A DNA stretch of 64,000 nt from Candidatus Latescibacterota bacterium (GTDB taxonomy: Bacteria; Latescibacterota; UBA2968; UBA8231). The DNA lies in assembly GCA_965197905.1 (NCBI GenBank), contig CBDAOB010000003.1:512001-576000 (forward strand), written 5' to 3'. Positions 9,317-18,932 of the stretch are shown here, piece after piece (position 1 is the first letter of the stretch; the number at the start of each line of letters is the position of its first letter). The position numbers and the translations under genes were made by a program. A model generated the notes under the pieces. That model did no database searches. It was given only the letters and a program-made list of their open reading frames with translations, and had not been told where the DNA came from.

Positions 9317-11875
9317 CTATTTGCCAAACTGTTCATAAAAGCGGTCGAAGCCACTCGCCGTTCCACAGAGATAGAGGGCGTCGTCTGCGGAAAGAATAAA
9401 GGTGGGTGGAATGTCCATGAGGAGCTCTCCGCCGCGTTCGACGGCAACCACGGTGCAACCGGTGCGTTCGCGAATCCTGCCACCAAGGGGGTGTTGTCCC
9501 GCCAGCCTGCCGGGACTCAGCTTCGCCAGCTTGATGCGGGCTTGCTGTGACATCATCTCGCCGAGGACGTGGTAGGCGAGCAACTGTCCAGCCACCTGGC
9601 CGATAGAGAGGGCGAAATCGGCGCCGGCCTGTTGGATGCGCACAACGTTCTCCAACTGGTCGGCGCAGGCAATTATCGGGACGTGGGGTGCGTAGTCGCG
9701 AATAACTGCGGCAGCAAGCAGAGTGGCGCTGTCGTTCTCCCGCGCGAGAATCACAACGCGGGCTGTCGCGACGGCAGCACGCTCCAACACCGCTATGTCC
9801 AACACATCTCCAGTGACGTCGACCCCCTCCGCTGTTGCGTCGTCGATGACGCACACCTCCTCACCGGCGTCCTGGAGTATCTCGGTCAGCTTGCTGCCAA
9901 CCTCTCGATAGCCCGCTACCACAATGGCGCCTTCGCTGGTGATGGGTCGGGCTACGTCGCTGAGCCGTTTGATGCTCTCTGGACTGCCGACGGCCACAAG
10001 TATCATGCCTGGCTGCAGAATCTGATCCGCACCCGGAGGCGGATTTAATCCGTCCTCGACCCATTGGCCCACGAAATGAACCCCTGTTTCTAAGTGGATC
10101 CCGCACTGGGCCAACGTCTTGTTTGCCAGGGGACTGTCGTCGTGGACACGGATTTCGGCTACCTCGAGCAGGTGTTCCAGCGGCTCGACCCCCGCCACTC
10201 TCGGTCCGATCCTGGAGCTGGCACGCACCGCGATGGCGGCGGCCAGCACGTGGGTCGGGGTAAAGGCTGCCGTCACGCCGGCTAGCTGCATCGGTCCCCG
10301 GCGAGTGGGATTGTCTATCAATGCAACGATGGGGCCGTCGAATCCTCGTTCGCGTGCACTTATTGCCAGGAGAGCATTGTGCTCGTCCTCGCCGTTGGCA
10401 ACTATCGCTCTCGCCTGCACCAGCGGTTGCAGGTCGAGTTCCTCCTCGCCGAGCGCGGCGTGTACCACGCTCGCGCCCTGTGCCTGCAGGCGCCGGGCGA
10501 CCGTCTCGTCTTCTTCGATCAGGACGATCGGTGATCCCTGGCTCTTGACCTCTTCTATTAGAGAATCCACCTCGTGGCCGTACCCGTAGATCACCACCGC
10601 CCCCGACGCGTCAGGCAGCTCGCGCGCCAGGTGTCCCTCGTAACGCTCCGCCACCAGGGGCGAAGCGAACTTATCGATCTGCACGACACCGCGCGTTGCG
10701 TCCGCCTGCCTGGTGGCTCGACCTTCCAAGAGTGAGGCGCAGCCTTTCAAAGCCAGCGGGGTAAAAAGATTCAATATGAACGCAGTAAGAATCAACGCCG
10801 TGAAAATCGCCTGGTCGATAGCACCCTGAGCCAGCGCCAGCGAGGCGACAATAAATGCCATCTCAGCACGCCCGCACATCCCGACCCCCACGGTCAGCGC
10901 TTCCCGAAACGGCAATCCCATGCGCAGCGCCATAGATCCGGCACTGGTAATCTGACCGACGATCACCACGGTAGTCAGCAATACTATGAACGCTACGCCG
11001 GAAGCGCTGATGTCGAAGTTGATGGAAAACCCCAGCGAGATAAAGAAGATCGGCCCCAGAAATGAGTATGCGATGCCGTAGGCACGATCGTTGACGATCC
11101 TCACCAGGTTCGGGTGGGCGACCTTGTCCTCGAAGAACAGGCCGGCCATATAGGCGCCGAGAATCATGTGCAGACCGATAGCTTCGGCGAACAGTCCGGC
11201 ACCGATCGCCATAACCAGCACGAAGGTAAAACCTTTCCCGCCCTCGGACCGGAAGGGTAGCTTGAGCCGCGGGTATACGAAACGACCCAAAAACACCGTG
11301 ACAATGAGAAAACCAACCACCTTGCCCAGGGTAATGGCAATGCCCAGCGGCTCGAAGGTGCCGCCGGTAAGCACACCGATCACCAGCCCGAAGAACAGGA
11401 GAGTCAGAAGGGTGTCGTTAACGCAGCTGGCGATGATAACCCGCGCCACCCGGGTGTTCGCCAGCCCGAGATCACGGAGGCTCTTGAGGGTGATCACGAC
11501 GGCTGTAGCCGTCATCGTCAGTCCGACGAAGGTGGCGCTGACGGGGTCCAGACCGAAAAAGGTGGCGACGCCGAAACTCACCCCAAACGGCACGATCGCA
11601 CCGACGACTGCCACACCCATGGAGCGTTTCAGGGCGTCGTAGAACTCCAGCGGCTGGGTTTCCACGCCGGCATGGAACATGAGAAAGAAGATGCCGATCT
11701 CGGCCAGAAGCTGGATCGCGTCGCCCGGGGTGATCCAGCCGAGAACCGCCGGTCCCAGCAGCACCCCGACGATCAGCTCACCCATCACCGTAGGCAGGCC
11801 GAGAGGACGCAGTGTGACCGCGACCAACCAGATGCAGGCGAGTAGAATCAGTAGATCGAAGGCGATTTCATGCAT
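9317..11875 (-). CDS. Cation:proton antiporter (CPA2) fused to two TrkA_N/TrkA_C (RCK) modules
   Basis: About 12 hydrophobic segments, GELIVGVLLGP, VNDT and GRAEMAFI, followed by two Rossmann plus RCK-C units. Confidence 0.85.
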   Translation of the reverse strand: MHEIAFDLLILLACIWLVAVTLRPLGLPTVMGELIVGVLLGPAVLGWITPGDAIQLLAEIGIFFLMFHAGVETQPLEFYDALKRSMGVAVVGAIVPFGVSFGVATFFGLDPVSATFVGLTMTATAVVITLKSLRDLGLANTRVARVIIASCVNDTLLTLLFFGLVIGVLTGGTFEPLGIAITLGKVVGFLIVTVFLGRFVYPRLKLPFRSEGGKGFTFVLVMAIGAGLFAEAIGLHMILGAYMAGLFFEDKVAHPNLVRIVNDRAYGIAYSFLGPIFFISLGFSINFDISASGVAFIVLLTTVVIVGQITSAGSMALRMGLPFREALTVGVGMCGRAEMAFIVASLALAQGAIDQAIFTALILTAFILNLFTPLALKGCASLLEGRATRQADATRGVVQIDKFASPLVAERYEGHLARELPDASGAVVIYGYGHEVDSLIEEVKSQGSPIVLIEEDETVARRLQAQGASVVHAALGEEELDLQPLVQARAIVANGEDEHNALLAISARERGFDGPIVALIDNPTRRGPMQLAGVTAAFTPTHVLAAAIAVRASSRIGPRVAGVEPLEHLLEVAEIRVHDDSPLANKTLAQCGIHLETGVHFVGQWVEDGLNPPPGADQILQPGMILVAVGSPESIKRLSDVARPITSEGAIVVAGYREVGSKLTEILQDAGEEVCVIDDATAEGVDVTGDVLDIAVLERAAVATARVVILARENDSATLLAAAVIRDYAPHVPIIACADQLENVVRIQQAGADFALSIGQVAGQLLAYHVLGEMMSQQARIKLAKLSPGRLAGQHPLGGRIRERTGCTVVAVERGGELLMDIPPTFILSADDALYLCGTASGFDRFYEQFGK

Positions 11876-11987
11876 AGCTAGTTGCCTGGAGTCGCTAACA
11901 TAACGCGCTCGTTCAGCCACACCTCTAAGGGTGCGCCGGAACGAGCCCTAGGAACGAAGGAGCTCAGGGATAGCCGTATTCGAGTAC

Positions 11988-12019
11988 GCACGCGGCGTAT
12001 GGCAGTGGTCGCCGCGTGC
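11988..12019. repeat. Perfect 10-bp inverted repeat just downstream of the 12021 stop (possible terminator or stabiliser)
   Basis: GCACGCGGCG-N12-CGCCGCGTGC; no U-tract. Confidence 0.45.
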
Positions 12020-12020
12020 T

Positions 12021-13556
12021 TCAGGCTATGTACACCGCAAAGAGCCTGGCGTCCTCGGCGCGCACACCCTCCCAGTTGACGCGCACGCGCACCGGATGGC
12101 CAAACCTCTCCAAGCGATCCCGCTCACGCCAGGTAACCGGTTGACGCAGTCCAGCCTGCGTCAGCGGAACACTGTCGCCGCCGGAATATCCGGGAATGGG
12201 CCTGAACTGCTCATCCAGCAGCTCGACCCTGAGCTGGCAATGCTCACCGATTCGGTCCACGTTCACAAACACCTTCCCTCCTTCACGCTCCACCTCAACC
12301 GGACACGAGATGCAGTGCGGTTCGTGCTTCCCCTCCGCCGCCGAACCTCGAAACGGTCCGCAGGGCGCGAACCAGCCGAAACGGTCGCGCTCCCAGGTGG
12401 CAACCCAAACACCGGTTAGTGATTTCGGATTCCTCATGTCCCAGGTAGAAGCTTCCTCTCTCCAGACGCTGAACCAGTAAACGCTGCGATCGTCGATGTT
12501 AGCCCAGGCGTTGCGCTGCAGCAGACGCGGCGCGGCGTAACCCGTCCGGGGTTGTTGCGGACCCCGTATTTCGTAGGAATGAACCATCTTGAAGTCGGGT
12601 ACGGGCTCGGTGAAATGCAGCGCATCGTGGCTGACTGCGAATCCGAGATCCAGCACCACGTCGCGGCGGTCGTTGGTATCGCTGCGGTACTGCCCGTAGA
12701 GACCGAGGAGCAGATTCCCTCGGTTCCAGGTGGCTACCCCCTCGTGGATCTGTTCCCCGGAATGACCTTCGAAGGTTTCCGGGGCATGCGGAGGTAGCGG
12801 ATCTCGGCGCAATCCCATGGCGGCGGCGTGGGTCCAGCTAACGAAATCGTAGGAGGCGAAGCTGACCACCAGTCGCTTGGACGCTTGTTTGATGGGATGT
12901 GGGATGGGTCGATTCATGGAGGACGGTCCGCCCTGACCATTCACGTAATAACAGCCGCCCCACTTCTGGATATTTCCGCCTTCCATCCCGGTACCGAAGA
13001 TATCATCGCTATCCGTGGCTCGGGTCCAGTGCAGACCGTCGGCGCTGAATGAGGCGCTCTTTCGCAACGGACCAGGCGTGCTGAAAATCGACTTGAAGCG
13101 GCGCTGAGGATCGAGGTCACTCGGATCGTAGAAGACGTTGCCACAGGGACCGGCGACGCGGTTGTTATCCTTGTTGCCGTTTTCCTCTGAGAGTCTCAGC
13201 TTCGGCCGCTCCCAGTTGAAGCCGTCCTTGGAAGTGGCGTAGAGCCCGCCCCGGCGTTGGTGGTTGTCGTCGGCGCCCACGTACCACATGCGGTACTCGC
13301 CGTCGATGTGGAACACATGGGGACAGATGATTTCAGTGGAATCCAATGAGCCGGGAGGACCGTAGGTAAGCACCGGGTGTTCCGGATGGCGGTCGTCGAT
13401 ATCCACACTGAGACCGTGGTCCATCTCGGCTGGATTGGTGCGACCTGCCTGCAAGGTCAGGTTGAGGTCACGCGAGAAAGGCATGCTCCGTCTGTCGAAC
13501 GGAAATATTACCGCTTCTTCGATGGAGTCGACTGGGCTTGAATTCAACGCTCGCAT
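12021..13556 (-). CDS. GH32-like beta-propeller protein, tandem paralog 1
   Basis: YATSKDGFNWERP, GEQIHEG and WERDRFGWF; AAGGAG SD. Confidence 0.75.
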   Translation of the reverse strand: MRALNSSPVDSIEEAVIFPFDRRSMPFSRDLNLTLQAGRTNPAEMDHGLSVDIDDRHPEHPVLTYGPPGSLDSTEIICPHVFHIDGEYRMWYVGADDNHQRRGGLYATSKDGFNWERPKLRLSEENGNKDNNRVAGPCGNVFYDPSDLDPQRRFKSIFSTPGPLRKSASFSADGLHWTRATDSDDIFGTGMEGGNIQKWGGCYYVNGQGGPSSMNRPIPHPIKQASKRLVVSFASYDFVSWTHAAAMGLRRDPLPPHAPETFEGHSGEQIHEGVATWNRGNLLLGLYGQYRSDTNDRRDVVLDLGFAVSHDALHFTEPVPDFKMVHSYEIRGPQQPRTGYAAPRLLQRNAWANIDDRSVYWFSVWREEASTWDMRNPKSLTGVWVATWERDRFGWFAPCGPFRGSAAEGKHEPHCISCPVEVEREGGKVFVNVDRIGEHCQLRVELLDEQFRPIPGYSGGDSVPLTQAGLRQPVTWRERDRLERFGHPVRVRVNWEGVRAEDARLFAVYIA

Positions 13557-13569
13557 GCTGTCGCTCCTT

Positions 13570-15087
13570 TCAGTTTACGTAAACGGCAAAGAGACGGCCG
13601 TCTTCAGGGCGCACACCTTCCCAGTTCACGCGCACGCGAACCGGATGATCGAATCCCGGCAGGGCATCTCCACCACTCCAGCTGACCGCCTCTCGTATCC
13701 CCGATCCACTCAGGGGCAGGCAATCGGCTCCTGAATAGCCGGGGATAGGCACGAACTCCCGATTGAGCAGCTCGACCTTCAACTGGCAATGCTCACCCAG
13801 CCGGTCGGCGTTGATAAAGACCCGATGGCCATCCTTCTCCAGTTCCAGCGGACATGAAATGCAATGGGGTTCATAGTCACCAGCACCCCAGTCCTGATCA
13901 CGCCCACATGGGTTGAAGAACCCCAGGCGGTCGCGTATCCACGTGGCGACCCAAACTCCCGTCAATGCGACCGGATTGTTCGCGTCCCAGGTTGAAGCCT
14001 CTTCGCGCCAGACGCTGTACCAATAGACAGTGCGGTCGTCCATGTTGGCCCAGGCATTGCGCTGCACCAGCCGCGGTGCCGCATAGGAATTGGGGTTCGG
14101 GCCCTGGATTTCGTAGGAATGCACCATCTTGAAGTCGGGTATGGGCTCCACAAACTCCAGGCCGTTGTGACTGATGGCGAATCCTAGATCCAGGACGACG
14201 TCCCGACGATCGTTGGTGGAGGCGCGGTACTGGCCGTAGAGGCTGAGCAGCACGTTGCCCCGGTCCCAGGTAGCCATGCCCTCGTGGACCTGCTCTCCGG
14301 AATGGCCTTCGAAGGTCTCCGGGGCGCGCGGCGGAACGTGATCGCGGCGGAACGTGATCGCGGCGGCGTGGGTCCAGTTCACGAAGTCGTAAGAGGCGTG
14401 GGAGGTGACGATACGTTTGGATGCCTGTGGAATAGGATGCGGCACCGTGCGGTTCCAGTCGGAAGGGCCGCCCTGGCCGTTGACGTAATAACAGCCTCCC
14501 CACTTGAAGATGTGGCCACATTCCATGGCGATGCCGAACAGCTCGCGATCCTCGCCGGACAAGGTCCAGTGGAGGCCGTCGGCACTGAACGAGGTGTTGT
14601 TGCCGCATCCGGTGATCGATTTGAAGCGCCGGTTTGGATCGGGGTCGTCGGCCTCGTACATGACCCATTCACCACAACGCCCCTCAACCAGGTTGTTCTC
14701 CTTGCTGCCGTTTACCTCGGTCAATCCCAGATTTGGGCGCTCCCAGTTGAATCCGTCCTTGGACACCGCATACAGGCCGGTGTGGCGCCTGGCGTCGTCG
14801 CCGGCGCCTATATACCACATGCGGTACTCCCCGTCGACATAGAACACGTTGGGACAGATGACCTCGGTGGAATCTAGCGACCCCGGTGGACCGGGCGAGA
14901 GCACGGGTCCGCCCGGGTGGCGTTCGTCGATGTCGACGCTGAGGCCGTGTTCCATCTCCGCTTTGTTCGTACGGCCGGCAACAAGGCTAGTGTGCAGATC
15001 GCGCACGAACGGCATGCTGCATTGGTCGAACGGAAAGAGCACAATCTCCTCGATCGAATCGGTAGGGCTCGAATTTAGAACCTTCAT
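13570..15087 (-). CDS. GH32-like beta-propeller protein, tandem paralog 2
   Basis: Collinear with 12021..13556 from MKVLNSSP (vs MRALNSSP), which fixes the start at 15087. Confidence 0.75.
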   Translation of the reverse strand: MKVLNSSPTDSIEEIVLFPFDQCSMPFVRDLHTSLVAGRTNKAEMEHGLSVDIDERHPGGPVLSPGPPGSLDSTEVICPNVFYVDGEYRMWYIGAGDDARRHTGLYAVSKDGFNWERPNLGLTEVNGSKENNLVEGRCGEWVMYEADDPDPNRRFKSITGCGNNTSFSADGLHWTLSGEDRELFGIAMECGHIFKWGGCYYVNGQGGPSDWNRTVPHPIPQASKRIVTSHASYDFVNWTHAAAITFRRDHVPPRAPETFEGHSGEQVHEGMATWDRGNVLLSLYGQYRASTNDRRDVVLDLGFAISHNGLEFVEPIPDFKMVHSYEIQGPNPNSYAAPRLVQRNAWANMDDRTVYWYSVWREEASTWDANNPVALTGVWVATWIRDRLGFFNPCGRDQDWGAGDYEPHCISCPLELEKDGHRVFINADRLGEHCQLKVELLNREFVPIPGYSGADCLPLSGSGIREAVSWSGGDALPGFDHPVRVRVNWEGVRPEDGRLFAVYVN

Positions 15088-15137
15088 ATAGAAACTCCGG
15101 GATAGTACTCGTAAAAGGAGCTGGGGCTGAAACCGCT

Positions 15138-15974
15138 TTACAAGCTCTGACGAACCTTCTCTGCATCCGTGAACAGAATCTCGCGAACGGCGTTGGTCGC
15201 CTGCTCGTGAAAAGCCACCGCAACAGGATCGAAGTCTCGGGACGGACGTGGCGTGTGTTTGAAGTGCCCGTAGCGGTCCGAGCCACGGACGAGGGCGGCA
15301 CTGTCCCACTCTCCGACGATCTGCTTCGTGCTCGTTGGCAGGTAGTGCAGCGACAAGCCGATACGACGATCGTGCGAGTTGTTGGGACTGGATGCATGGG
15401 CTAGACGCACGTTGTGCAGCGAAATCTCACCGGGCTGAAGCGGCATGGGGACCGCCTTTTCCTCGTCGACCTGAACCGAGATTTCTTGTCCCCTGGTTAG
15501 GAGGTTGTGCTCCTGAAATTCGTCGTTGTGGGGCAGAAGATCGCCTCTGTGGCTCCCTGGAAGGACGCGCATGCAGCCGGTTTCGAGGGTAGCCGGCGAC
15601 AGGGCGAGCCAGACGGTGACCAGGTCGCTGGAGTCGAGACCCCAGTAACGCAGGTCCTGATGCCAGGAGACGAACGTCTCGCTTTGGGCTTCCTTGATCC
15701 AAAAGAAGGTGTTCCAGCACAGGATGTCAGGACCGATCAAATCCTCGACGGCATCGAGGATCTTCTCGTGGCGCATCAGCTTGTCTACCCATGTAAAGAG
15801 AAGGTGGGACTTGCTTCGCAGTGCCCCTCCAAGCGGTTTCCCTTGCTGTCTTTCGAAGGCCTCGAGCAATGAGCGATTGGTAACCACCTCAGCGTCGTCC
15901 AGCAAGCGGATGGGAAAGAAATATCCTTCGCGCTTGTACTGGGCGATAGCATCGCTACTGAGCAGCTTCGGCAT
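15138..15974 (-). CDS. PhyH-family dioxygenase
   Basis: WHQD, LPGSH, LAHAS and DRRIG; GAGGAGG SD. Confidence 0.9.
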   Translation of the reverse strand: MPKLLSSDAIAQYKREGYFFPIRLLDDAEVVTNRSLLEAFERQQGKPLGGALRSKSHLLFTWVDKLMRHEKILDAVEDLIGPDILCWNTFFWIKEAQSETFVSWHQDLRYWGLDSSDLVTVWLALSPATLETGCMRVLPGSHRGDLLPHNDEFQEHNLLTRGQEISVQVDEEKAVPMPLQPGEISLHNVRLAHASSPNNSHDRRIGLSLHYLPTSTKQIVGEWDSAALVRGSDRYGHFKHTPRPSRDFDPVAVAFHEQATNAVREILFTDAEKVRQSL

Positions 15975-16052
15975 TCGTACCTCCTCACATCTCTGTCATG
16001 GCCGGCGGAAGTCCATCGTTTCCTAGCGCCGAGAACGGTACATAAATTTCAG

Positions 16053-16832
16053 TCAGACGTCCAAGAGAAAGCGGGCTTCAGGGCTCAAACGTTTTTCGGT
16101 GGCCGGCCGCAGGAACTTCCTTTGATCGGTCTGCTGCGGCCAGTCGCGGCGCACGAACGCCATATGCATGGCGCCCCGCATGTGCTTACTTCGGTTTAGT
16201 GTGCCGCCGTGCCATGTATGTGAGTTGAATACTACGACGGTGCCGGCGGGTGCCGTCACAATCTCTTCGTCCGGTGCCGGTTGCGTGGGATCATCCATCT
16301 CATCGGCAGGCGCCTGCGCTCGCAGATGGGAACCCGGCACCACTCGCGTTGCACCGTTCTCAGCAGTAAAATCGCTCAATAACCAGATGGAGTTGCAGAC
16401 GTAGAACTGCTTCGCCTTCAGCTTCTCCCAGTCCTGCGGATCGTTCGACCCCCAATCCATATGCAGCGCCTGTGCACCCTTTCCTGGGAGCGCGAAGCGC
16501 GCATTTAGAGAATGGACCCTGAATCCGCACGATAGCACTCTATTGATTCCAGCCAGGATGCGCGGATGAATGAAACAGAGATCGAACACTGGATCCTTGT
16601 TGATCAGGTTGCTGAGACGGATGGTGCCCTCTTCCTGGTGCACTTCCGATCCCGCCGCCTCCCCTTCCTCAGCAGCCAGCTCCTGCAGACGCGCAGTGAA
16701 CGTTTCTATCTGCGTTTGGGTCAGGACACCGGGCAGCGGCAGATAACCCTGGGCATCCAGGAAATCCATCTCGTCCGCTGTCAGCGTGTCATCGCAAACG
16801 CCAAACGAATCCAGCACGTGCCCGATATTCAT
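16053..16832 (-). CDS. PhyH-family dioxygenase
   Basis: LHMDW, ENGATRVVPGSH and WHGG. Start uncertain (16832 or 16856). Confidence 0.85.
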   Translation of the reverse strand: MNIGHVLDSFGVCDDTLTADEMDFLDAQGYLPLPGVLTQTQIETFTARLQELAAEEGEAAGSEVHQEEGTIRLSNLINKDPVFDLCFIHPRILAGINRVLSCGFRVHSLNARFALPGKGAQALHMDWGSNDPQDWEKLKAKQFYVCNSIWLLSDFTAENGATRVVPGSHLRAQAPADEMDDPTQPAPDEEIVTAPAGTVVVFNSHTWHGGTLNRSKHMRGAMHMAFVRRDWPQQTDQRKFLRPATEKRLSPEARFLLDV

Positions 16833-16839
16833 GCGATAC

Positions 16840-17229
16840 TCACATTTCTTCATCAAAAAGCCCTGAAACGCTCCACCAGAACGAGTCCGAGATCTCGTTA
16901 TAAGCCCAGAGTCGGTTCCAGAGTTCGTCGCCGGAACGCTTGAAGAAGATATTGCCGCCGTGGCCGAATGTCAGAGACGATGACGCCCCCCGGACGGTCA
17001 CCTGCTCGGGCGAAAAAAACTCCGGACGCTGTGTCACCTCGGAAAGTCCGGAGCTATGCTTGACCACCTCGGCGTCCCGCGGGAGCGAATGGGACAGGAA
17101 TACGCAATCGTCCCAGTAGGGAGTCGCGCTGTTTGGGCTCCAGTCGGTCGCGGATCTTTTAACGAAACAGTATAGGGTGCCCCCCGAGACGCCGTAGGTA
17201 AACCTGACCTTCGATGTCGAAACGCTCAC
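16840..17229 (-). pseudogene. Short hypothetical ORF, probably a decayed gene fragment
   Basis: 129-aa GTG-start ORF with no SD and an in-frame TAG just upstream; overlapping short ORFs extend to 17359. Confidence 0.3.
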
Positions 17230-17512
17230 GGGCTATACGCCGGACCAGGGGAACTGCCGGTACAGAAGCGCCTTCGTTAACGTCGGTCATCTTGAATGTG
17301 TGTGGATTCTTCGGCCTGATAGAACTCAAGATAATAGCTAAAGTGCGTAACTTGATCACAATCCACGGAACTTACAGACTTTGAGGCGACCTAGCTCGAT
17401 GTCAGGTTCTGGTTTCCGCGTCTCGCCAAGGTATGCGGTCGGTGAGCAGAAGCACTTGCCTATCTCATGAACTCTCTATCCTGCGTTTGCATTCGGGCAG
17501 AGGAAGACATCG

Positions 17513-18844
17513 TTGAGACTTAATCTTCGTGATCCTGCTATCAGACGCGAGATCCGCGCGGGCGCCACCACCTTCGTGACCATGGCTTACATCATCGTGG
17601 TCAATCCGCTGATTCTGGCAGAAGCTGGAATGCCCAAGGATGCGGTCATGGTGGCAACCTGCCTTGCCGCGGCCTTGGGGTCCTTCCTCATGGGTTGGCT
17701 GGCCAACTACCCGTTCGCGCTTGCTCCAGGCATGGGGCTGAACGCGTTCTTCGTCTATACGGTAGTACTGGGAATGGGAATTCCGTGGCAGGGGGCGCTG
17801 GCGGCGGTATTCATCTCGGGGCTGGTTTTCCTAATTCTGACCCTCACTCGAGCCCGGGAGGCAATCATAAATGCTATTCCCATGAGCCTGAAATACGCCG
17901 TAAGCGTCGGCATAGGTCTGTTCATCGCACTCATCGGCTTGAAGAATGCCGGCCTGATCGTTTTCAACCCGGGCACCGGCAGTATGGGGATGGTGAACGG
18001 GCGTTACTTCAGCGATCCCGCTTTGATGGCCTTCCTCCCTTCCGGCACTTCGGTTGCCACAGTGGGCCTGGCCCTTGCAGGTTTATTGATTACCGGGGCA
18101 TTGGTAGTTCTCAAGGTGCGGGGCGCTTTGCTGTGGGGGATTCTGGCGACCTTTGTTCTGGGCATTCCCGCCGGCGTGGTTGCCACGGACGACTTGAGCA
18201 TCGTTGGCCTGCCCACGGGCCTCAGCCAAACCCTGTTCGCGTGGGATTTCCAGGCGGTCTTTGGCATCGGGCTAGTGACCATCATCTTCACGTTCACCTT
18301 CGTCGACCTGTTCGACACCGTCGGCACCCTCGTCGGGGTGGCGAGCAAGGCAGAGATGATGGACGAGAACGGGCATTTGCCGCGTGCCAACCGGGCCCTT
18401 TTGGCGGACTCGATTGCTACTATGGCCGGTGCTGCACTGGGCACTAGCACCACCACCACCTACATCGAAAGTGCCGCCGGGGTTGCAGAAGGGGGGCGCA
18501 CCGGACTTACCGCCATCACCACCGGGGTTCTCTTTCTCATTGCTTTGATCTTTGCGCCCCTGGTTCAACTCATACCGACAGCAGCAACGGCGCCGGTGCT
18601 GATCATCGTCGGAATCTTTCTGATGGAGCCGGTGCGACGCATTGATTTCAGCGATTACGCCGTCGCCATTCCGGCATTCTTCACGATCGTCATGATGCCC
18701 CTGGCGTTCAGTATCGCCGAAGGCATCGTCGCCGGCATCCTCGCCTTCACGTTTCTCCGCGCGGTTTGCGGGCGCGCCGGCGAAATCAACCTCACCCTCT
18801 GGATTCTTACCCTCTTGTTTCTGCTGCGGTTCTGGTTTGTTTGA
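17513..18844 (+). CDS. NCS2/AzgA-family purine permease
   Basis: TFVTMAYIIVVNP, APGMGLNAFF, FDTVGTL and YIESAAGVAEGGRTGLT. Confidence 0.92.
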   Translation: MRLNLRDPAIRREIRAGATTFVTMAYIIVVNPLILAEAGMPKDAVMVATCLAAALGSFLMGWLANYPFALAPGMGLNAFFVYTVVLGMGIPWQGALAAVFISGLVFLILTLTRAREAIINAIPMSLKYAVSVGIGLFIALIGLKNAGLIVFNPGTGSMGMVNGRYFSDPALMAFLPSGTSVATVGLALAGLLITGALVVLKVRGALLWGILATFVLGIPAGVVATDDLSIVGLPTGLSQTLFAWDFQAVFGIGLVTIIFTFTFVDLFDTVGTLVGVASKAEMMDENGHLPRANRALLADSIATMAGAALGTSTTTTYIESAAGVAEGGRTGLTAITTGVLFLIALIFAPLVQLIPTAATAPVLIIVGIFLMEPVRRIDFSDYAVAIPAFFTIVMMPLAFSIAEGIVAGILAFTFLRAVCGRAGEINLTLWILTLLFLLRFWFV

Positions 18845-18932
18845 GACTCGGAGGCCGGCGAGACCAAGGAATTGACCATGCCGTTAAGCGGAAGAGGATG
18901 TTGGAGAGCTTCGCCGGCGTTGGGTCGGCGGA

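Noticed and set aside
11876..12020. c-di-AMP or Na+/Li+ riboswitch before the antiporter
   Set aside because: Hairpins are present but there are no consensus motifs.
17360..17512. Purine riboswitch upstream of the NCS2 permease
   Set aside because: No purine aptamer core is recognisable by eye.
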